A stretch of 24,000 bases of DNA from positions 881,725 through 905,724 of the forward strand of contig OY760906.1 of NCBI GenBank assembly GCA_963664145.1, in the 5' to 3' direction. The stretch comes from Bacteroidales bacterium. Lineage in GTDB: Bacteria > Bacteroidota > Bacteroidia > Bacteroidales > UBA5342. How positions within the stretch are numbered: the first letter of the stretch is position 1; each line of letters begins with the position of its first letter. Positions 16,512 to 22,109 of this stretch are shown here, in pieces. The notes under the pieces were generated by a model. It searched no databases. It saw only the letters and a program-made list of their open reading frames with translations, and was not told the DNA's origin. The position numbers and the translations under genes are program-made.

Positions 16512-16606
16512 TTTGAAGGAAGCAGGCTTGCATAATTAAAAAGAAGTATTGAAAGATATGGATGGTGTGTTGTAAGTGGTTTAGGACTAGGTTGATAACT
16601 GTGGGT
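16512..16606 (+). pseudogene. DUF559 gene remnant (3' ~100 nt only)
   Basis: TTTGAAGGAAGCAGGCTTGCATA (16512-16534) is identical to 14978-15000 of the intact gene. The rest aligns with the gene's 3' end, with substitutions and a 12-nt gap, up to the junction ..TGATAACTGTGGGT|GAACAC (intact gene: TGATAATTATGAAT|GAACAC). There is no start codon and no ORF. Confidence 0.8.
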
Positions 16607-16748
16607 GAACACACCCCCAGCCCCTCTCGAGAGGGGAGTCTGTTTGGTGCAAAATAAAGTTTTGAGGGAATATTGATAACAGGTTTTGAAAAAAACCAAA
16701 GAAGCATGACGAGTCCAATTCCCCTCTTGAGAGGGGTTAGGGGTGTGT
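16607..16748 (+). repeat. Hairpin-ended inverted-repeat element, copy D (142 bp, no insert)
   Basis: Hairpins CCCCTCTCGAGAGGGG (16621-16636) and CCCCTCTTGAGAGGGG (16721-16736). Ends 38 nt before the menE ATG. Confidence 0.95.
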
Positions 16749-16786
16749 CTTAATCAAAGCAAATTTATTCTATAGAAAAAAGTAAA

Positions 16787-17827
16787 ATGTCATATACCAT
16801 TAATCACATAAGTTATGCGCAGAACGAATTATTAGACGAAGCGCAACGCATCTTACAATCAGGTGCTCCCAAGTGGGAAAAAGACGTATGGACATTTATT
16901 GCCGTGTGGTTTGATGACAAGGAGACTGTTCAACTTAAAACATCGGGCAGTACAGGTGAGCCAAAGGTTATTGATGTAGAGAAAAAATATTTGCGTAATA
17001 GTGCACGTATGACTTTGGATTTTCTGAATCTGAAAAAAGGCAATACAGCATTATTGTGCTTGTCGGCGCAGTATATTGCAGGGAAAATGATGATTGTGAG
17101 AGCTTTTGAAGGTGATTTGGATTTGCTTATTCAAGAGCCGTCAGGAAATCCGTTGAAGTCCTGTAACGAAAAGCTTAAATTCGTGGCGTTAGTACCTCTG
17201 CAAGTGGAGAGAATGCTGAATGAGAACGGAGTAGAAGCGGTAGAACGAATTGATCAGATTATTATTGGTGGTGCGGCTGTTGGTGGACAATTGTTGCAGC
17301 AGATTAAAGGATTAGAAAACATGGTTTGGGCAACATACGGCATGACAGAAACGGTTTCGCACGTCGCGATGAAGCGGCTATCGGGAGAATGTGTTTCAGA
17401 TTATTTTTATCCTATGACCGGTGTGACTTTTAGTGCAGATGAGCGGGGATGTTTGCAAATTGATGCACCACATTTGTGTGCAGATAGGGTGGTGACCAAT
17501 GACATTGTGGAATTTGACAAAAACAACGGATTTCGTTTTATTGGGCGTTATGATAATGTGATAAATTCCGGAGGGGTAAAAATATCACCCGAATCTGTTG
17601 AACAAAAGATAACTCATTTTATTAAAGAACGTTTTATTATTTCATCGGTAGAAGATGAGCATTTAGGGCAAAAAGTAGTCTTGATAATAGAAGGGAAAAG
17701 TGAATGTTTTGATAAAAACGAATTATTATCGATAATAAAAACAGTATTACTCCCTTATGAGTGCCCAAAAGATGTTTACTTTGTCGGAGCGTTTGAAGAA
17801 ACGGGGAGTGGAAAGGTGAGGAGGTAA
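16787..17827 (+). CDS. menE: o-succinylbenzoate-CoA ligase (short ANL-family adenylating enzyme)
   Basis: AMP-binding P-loop TSGSTGEPKVI, YGMTET, and GRYDNVINSGGVKISPESVE. The P-loop sits at residue ~52, giving a short N-terminal domain. I recall this as common in Bacteroidota MenE proteins but have not verified it. Last gene of the men cluster. Confidence 0.8.
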   Translation: MSYTINHISYAQNELLDEAQRILQSGAPKWEKDVWTFIAVWFDDKETVQLKTSGSTGEPKVIDVEKKYLRNSARMTLDFLNLKKGNTALLCLSAQYIAGKMMIVRAFEGDLDLLIQEPSGNPLKSCNEKLKFVALVPLQVERMLNENGVEAVERIDQIIIGGAAVGGQLLQQIKGLENMVWATYGMTETVSHVAMKRLSGECVSDYFYPMTGVTFSADERGCLQIDAPHLCADRVVTNDIVEFDKNNGFRFIGRYDNVINSGGVKISPESVEQKITHFIKERFIISSVEDEHLGQKVVLIIEGKSECFDKNELLSIIKTVLLPYECPKDVYFVGAFEETGSGKVRR

Positions 17828-17860
17828 TAGGAGAAAGGAAAAAGGGGAAAGTTGCCGATA

Positions 17861-17892
17861 TTTGTTCTTGTAGGATGTTAACTGTATCTTTG
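17861..17892 (+). promoter_or_regulatory. Bacteroides-type promoter (-33 TTTG / -7 TAtcTTTG) for the MNT-HEPN pair
   Basis: TTTG at 17861-17864 and TAtcTTTG at 17885-17892, separated by 20 nt, which is the canonical spacing. The ATG at 17897 follows 4 nt later, so the leader is very short. Confidence 0.5.
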
Positions 17893-17896
17893 TCTT

Positions 17897-18205
17897 ATGG
17901 AAAAAATACCGATTATATCCCTGATTAAAGAAAAGATACACTCTATTCAGCCTGATGCAGAGGTAGTTCTTTATGGCTCTTATGCAAGGGGAGATTATCG
18001 TGTGGATTCAGATATTGATGTTTTGATCTTGTTGAAACAAACAAAAATTAAACGTGAATTAGAAAAGCAGTTGACCTATTCGCTTTATGATTTAGAATTG
18101 GAATACGGAAAGATTATTAGTCCGATAGTTTATCCAAAAAGCAAATGGGGGAAAATGGTGACACCTTTTTATGAAAATGTTCAAAAAGAGGGGGTTCGAT
18201 TATGA
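17897..18205 (+). CDS. Minimal nucleotidyltransferase (MNT) antitoxin-type protein
   Basis: 102 aa with the GSYARGDYRVDSDIDVLIL motif (GSxxRG...DxD) of pol-beta-superfamily minimal NTases. Confidence 0.85.
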   Translation: MEKIPIISLIKEKIHSIQPDAEVVLYGSYARGDYRVDSDIDVLILLKQTKIKRELEKQLTYSLYDLELEYGKIISPIVYPKSKWGKMVTPFYENVQKEGVRL

Positions 18206-18588
18206 CTAACGAGGAGCGTAAGGTTTGGGTTGACTATAGATTGGAACGGGCGTTGTCGACTCTGAAAGAAGTTGACCTGTTGGTTGAAAATCAGATGTAT
18301 AATGCTGCTGTAAACCGTATGTATTATGCCTGTTATTATGCTGTTACGGCATTATTACTTGCAAATAAAATTGAAATAAAAACCCACGCAGGTGCTAGAC
18401 AGCGTTTTGGTCAGCATTTTGTAAAGAATAGAAAAATTGAAGTAGAATTGGGTAAGTTTTATTCTGAGATTTTTACCAAAAGACAATCAGGAGATTATGA
18501 GGATATGATAGTTTTCTCCGAAGATGATGTAAAAGGTTTATTACCCAATGCGATAAAATTAATAAATGCGATAGAAAAACTTTTATAG
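18202..18588 (+). CDS. HEPN domain protein (toxin-type RNase partner of the MNT)
   Basis: 128 aa, all-helical. The segment HAGARQRFGQHF contains an R-x(4-6)-H type HEPN motif. It overlaps the NTase gene by 4 nt (ATGA). Confidence 0.85.
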   Translation: MTNEERKVWVDYRLERALSTLKEVDLLVENQMYNAAVNRMYYACYYAVTALLLANKIEIKTHAGARQRFGQHFVKNRKIEVELGKFYSEIFTKRQSGDYEDMIVFSEDDVKGLLPNAIKLINAIEKLL

Positions 18589-18612
18589 TATTTCTATTTC
18601 CCATCTTTATTT

Positions 18613-20565
18613 ATGACACACTCCGAATTATTATTACCCGCAGGCAATGTAGAGGCATTTTATGCTGCTGTAGAGGCAGGTGCGGATGCTATTTATCTTG
18701 GAATTAAGAAATTTAATGCGCGTGGTCGTGCCGGTAATTTTACCAATCAGCAGCTCGTGAGTATTCTGGAGATTGCACACAAGAAAAACATCCGCATTTA
18801 TATCACACTCAATACGGTGATTAAGAATGAAGAATTGCAAGATTTATTTATGACACTCAATGTGTTGAATATGTTGCAAGTAGATGGTGTGATTTTTCAG
18901 GATTGGGGGGTGTTATATTTAGCTAAAAAGCATTTCCCTAAATTGGAGATGCACGCTAGTACGCAGTTGGGATTGCACAATTCCATTGGGGTTAAACATT
19001 GTGAAAGCAAGCAGGTGGAACGCTCGGTAATGGCGCGTGAGTTGACGTTGAAAGAACTGGAAATGATACGTCAGCGTACGCAATCGGAGTTGGAAGTGTT
19101 TGTACACGGTGCTTTGTGTTATTCTTTTTCTGGAATGTGCTTGTTTAGTTCTTATCTGGGAGGAAAAGGCGCTAACCGTGGTTTGTGTACGCAACCTTGT
19201 CGTCGTGTATTTGATGATGGTAAGGAAGAACGTTTCCTTTTTAGTCTCAAGGATAATGAGCAGATTGACTTAGTGCCCGAATTGCAAAAGATGGGTGTTG
19301 ACTCGCTGAAAATAGAAGGTCGTATGAAGGCGGCTGAATACGTATATAGGGTTGGAAAAGCCTACCGTAAAGCTTTGGATGGTGCTAATAATGTTAGGAT
19401 TGCTGCTGAAGAACTACAATTTGATTTTGCCAGAGCTAAGACATCCTATTTTCTAGGAGGAAATGGGACAAAGGCTTTCACTGAAACAGCTAATACCGGG
19501 CGTTATATTGGAAAAGTGGGCGATATTACATCTGATGGTTTTGTCATCAAAACGGATGAAGATTTAAAGCCGGGTTATCGTTTGCGAGTGGTATCCTCCA
19601 ATGGCGATCAGCAAAATTTAAAAATTAGTGCCTTGGAAAGGACGCATAAGGGGTATCTCATTTCTGCGTTTGATAAAAAAGTGGGACAGCGTGATGAGGT
19701 GTATCTGGCTGGTATTCCGGAACGAAAATTTGCCTCTAAACTCCCGGAACGTAAAATGCCTTTTGCGAAGATAATGCGTCTTCAGTCGTTCCGGTTTAAC
19801 GAAAAAACATTGCGTCGTAGTGAGCTTTATTTAAGGGTAGATAGTATGGCGTGGTTACGAAAGATAAGGGTAGAAGATTATGATCGAGTCATTTTAAATT
19901 TGACAAAAAAGGAATGGAATGTGTTCAATTTTGATGCTCCTTTTGTACAGAAAAACCGTCCTAAGTTTATTTTTGAATTGCCTAAGTTTATTCCAGAAGG
20001 TAGCTTGAATGATTATAAGGAATTATTGCAAAAAACAAATAAAAAGGGATTTACGCAGTTTTCGTTGAGCCATTTATCTCAAAAGTTATTATTACCCAAA
20101 GGTAGTCGTTTCATTTGTAATGAAAATGCGTATGCTTTTAATGATGCTGCGGTGACATTTATACAGAATGATGGAGCACAGTTGTTTACGTATCCGGTTG
20201 AGAATGATTTTGACAATTTGGCAAAGATGAGGAGCAAATCGGGAATTTTGCCGTTGTATTTTTTTCCTCCTGTTTTTGTGTCACGCATGCCGGTTAAGCC
20301 TGATGGCGGCGAGTTTTCGGATGACAGAAATCGTAGATTTAGTCGTTTGGTACGGGATGGCATCACCTTTATCTATCCTGATATGCCGGTGACTTGGTTA
20401 CACAACAGAGAACGTTTTGAAAAAATGGGCATATGCCGTTTTATGATTGATTTTTCTGGAGTTGCGCCGTCTAAGCATTTGCCTAAACGTGTGTTGCAAC
20501 ATTATATAGAAAGCAAAACTTTGCAACCAGGGACATCTTTTAATATGAAGATGGGACTTAAATAA
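18613..20565 (+). CDS. U32-family protein (peptidase U32 / Fe-S hydroxylase-like), long form
   Basis: N-terminal ELLLPAGNVEAFYAAVEAGADAIYLG, MARELTLKE, EVFVHGALCYSFSGMCLFSSYLGGKGANRGLCTQPCRR (C-x6-C-x15-C-x3-C), and SLKIEGRMK. The 650-aa length is similar to the E. coli long U32 member YdcP/RlhA. Confidence 0.85.
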   Translation: MTHSELLLPAGNVEAFYAAVEAGADAIYLGIKKFNARGRAGNFTNQQLVSILEIAHKKNIRIYITLNTVIKNEELQDLFMTLNVLNMLQVDGVIFQDWGVLYLAKKHFPKLEMHASTQLGLHNSIGVKHCESKQVERSVMARELTLKELEMIRQRTQSELEVFVHGALCYSFSGMCLFSSYLGGKGANRGLCTQPCRRVFDDGKEERFLFSLKDNEQIDLVPELQKMGVDSLKIEGRMKAAEYVYRVGKAYRKALDGANNVRIAAEELQFDFARAKTSYFLGGNGTKAFTETANTGRYIGKVGDITSDGFVIKTDEDLKPGYRLRVVSSNGDQQNLKISALERTHKGYLISAFDKKVGQRDEVYLAGIPERKFASKLPERKMPFAKIMRLQSFRFNEKTLRRSELYLRVDSMAWLRKIRVEDYDRVILNLTKKEWNVFNFDAPFVQKNRPKFIFELPKFIPEGSLNDYKELLQKTNKKGFTQFSLSHLSQKLLLPKGSRFICNENAYAFNDAAVTFIQNDGAQLFTYPVENDFDNLAKMRSKSGILPLYFFPPVFVSRMPVKPDGGEFSDDRNRRFSRLVRDGITFIYPDMPVTWLHNRERFEKMGICRFMIDFSGVAPSKHLPKRVLQHYIESKTLQPGTSFNMKMGLK

Positions 20566-20567
20566 AT

Positions 20568-20581
20568 GGTGAGTGGTGAGT
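20568..20581 (+). repeat. Two GGTGAGT heptamers directly after the U32 stop
   Basis: TAA-AT-GGTGAGT-GGTGAGT-TGG. Same motif class as the tract after menB. Confidence 0.5.
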
Positions 20582-20597
20582 TGGTTTTATCGAAAGA

Positions 20598-21611
20598 ATG
20601 ACAAAGCACTCGGATAGCACAAAAATGGCACTATACCTAATTCGAAATAGAAAGAAAAACCGAAATCTGTTTTTCGTCCCTAACATAAAACAGTTTACAA
20701 CAAGTCTGTTACTATGCCCTATTCTGATGGCGGGAGCCTCTGCGCAGACCGATACGTCATATATTGGTCAATATGAAAAGAATTTTGCCATTAGTGGTTA
20801 TGTTTATCATAATTTTTATCAGTTGGCAAGAGTCACCGATGATTCCGAAGTTGATTATTTGCCCAATAAACCGCTTGGAGGAGGTATTGGATTTTCTCAC
20901 AAAAAGTTGCCTTTTGATATCAATTTAGGTTATTATTTGGGTGTTAAGGAGGATGATAATTATCTAAGAACCAAAGGTGTTGATTTTCAAATACGGCATT
21001 ATGCTCGTATGTATGTTACTGATCTTGTGGTGCAGCGATATAAGGGGCTTTATATTGATGATAATGATTTGCCGATAAATGAAGCCAATTGTCCTGATAT
21101 TAGTGTCTTTCAAACCAGTCTTGCCGGACAGTATGTTTTTAACGGGAGGAAATTCTCGTATAAAGCAGCTTTTAACCAAACCGAAAAGCAACTAAAATCA
21201 GTTGGGAGTTTACTTATTGGTGCAGATATTTATTATTGTGCAATAGAATCGGATAGTTCGTTTACTTATCGTGAAAAAAACAATCTTAAAAGCTATCAAT
21301 TGGGGTTAAATGTTGGATATGCCTATAATTGGGTTCCTCGCAAGCATTGGCTTATCAGTGGCTCAATATCGGTAGGAGCCGGTTTTGGTAATGAATGTTT
21401 ATCGTCTTTTTTTGATAAGAATTTTTCGCTAACGCCCACAACGCTTTGCCGTTCATCCATTTTTTATAATAAAGAGAATTGGTCACTTGGGATGTTTTTT
21501 GTCTTTAATACAAGAGCATTAAAGTACTCTGAAAATTCTGAAATTGATATTAATAGCGGACGTGTTTATATTAAGTATATTCATAGGCTTGATTTAAAGA
21601 AAAATAAATAA
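20598..21611 (+). CDS. Putative outer-membrane beta-barrel protein (DUF4421-like, assignment from memory)
   Basis: Signal-like segment LLLCPILMAGASAQ. The remainder is rich in alternating aromatic/polar beta-strand patterns (FAISGYVYHNF, INLGYYLGV, LGLNVGYAYNW, WSLGMFFVFN). The true start may be a downstream Met. Confidence 0.45.
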   Translation: MTKHSDSTKMALYLIRNRKKNRNLFFVPNIKQFTTSLLLCPILMAGASAQTDTSYIGQYEKNFAISGYVYHNFYQLARVTDDSEVDYLPNKPLGGGIGFSHKKLPFDINLGYYLGVKEDDNYLRTKGVDFQIRHYARMYVTDLVVQRYKGLYIDDNDLPINEANCPDISVFQTSLAGQYVFNGRKFSYKAAFNQTEKQLKSVGSLLIGADIYYCAIESDSSFTYREKNNLKSYQLGLNVGYAYNWVPRKHWLISGSISVGAGFGNECLSSFFDKNFSLTPTTLCRSSIFYNKENWSLGMFFVFNTRALKYSENSEIDINSGRVYIKYIHRLDLKKNK

Positions 21612-21648
21612 CAATAGTTAGTTATTTAGTGAAATGGTGTTTGTTTCT

Positions 21649-21718
21649 GTAAGTTGCTGATATATAGTCGACTAAAAATAGTCTGATGTCTGTTGTCTAA
21701 AAATCTAACGAACAATTG
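21649..21718 (+). repeat. Dispersed repeat family 2, copy 2
   Basis: GTAAGTTGCTGATATATAGTCGACTAAAAATAGTCTGATGTCTGTTGTCTAAAAATCTAACGAAC aligns with 13348-13410. Confidence 0.4.
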
Positions 21719-22109
21719 TATTAGTCATGTGAATAATTAAATGTCGTATTAGGAGGTCTTAAGTAACATAAAAATTTATTTTATCCATGTATTTAGGCAT
21801 TTGAGAAAGGTCGGTTTTGGAGATCTAACGGTTTTGCCTTTTTTCGATATTTTTGTTATAGAAAATAGCCTTTTTAGGGCAACCGCATTTAATATTTGTC
21901 ATTATTTTTATCCACGAATTTCACGGATTTTTTTGAGACGAATAACTAAAATTCGTGAATTGAAAATCAGCGAAGCTAAATTGGGGCAATTTGTGGATTG
22001 TTTTAGATAGAAGAAGAAAATTTAATTATTTAAAATGCGGTTGTTTTGTAGTCTTTTTGAGATGAATCCGTGTTAGAAAAATCCTTTAATAAAAGAATAC
22101 AGCTACATA

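Noticed and set aside
14492-16748. Whether the four repeat copies could be a CRISPR array.
   Set aside because: The units are 141-179 bp, far longer than CRISPR repeats. Spacings are irregular (~415, ~1100 and ~112 bp) and contain real genes. The copies differ by ~10% or more and have terminal inverted repeats. No cas genes are present.
426-20366. The many short track ORFs nested in or antisense to the large genes. Examples: 426..704, 972..1196, 1269..1481, 1491..1841, 3082..3276, 3231..3578, 5306..5491, 7278..7520, 8658..8939, 10166..10381, 11677..11871, 12204..12536, 12686..12883, 14294..14497, 15764..15958, 17747..17941, 18634..18840, 18919..19194, 20079..20366, 20964..21191, 6706..6948.
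   Set aside because: Each lies within, or largely overlaps, a longer ORF that has clear family signatures (6706..6948 only overlaps the low-confidence small ORF and the following spacer). Their translations are low-complexity and lack recognisable motifs.
21801-22010. A 69-aa + strand ORF (TTG start) in the gap before the patatin gene. It contains the CACGAATT...AATTCGTG and ACGAAT-N7-ATTCGT inverted repeats.
   Set aside because: It has low-complexity, Phe/Ile/Arg-rich composition, no ATG start, no recognisable family and no promoter box. The short inverted repeats (6-8 bp) are within chance expectation for AT-rich DNA, and I could not build a convincing terminator or antiterminator from them.
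21880-22043. An 11-bp inverted repeat, CAACCGCATTT / AAATGCGGTTG, flanking ~140 nt. I considered it as a possible MITE or sRNA boundary.
   Set aside because: An 11-bp inverted repeat within a few hundred nt is expected about once by chance in a window this size. There is no second copy of the enclosed sequence in the window.
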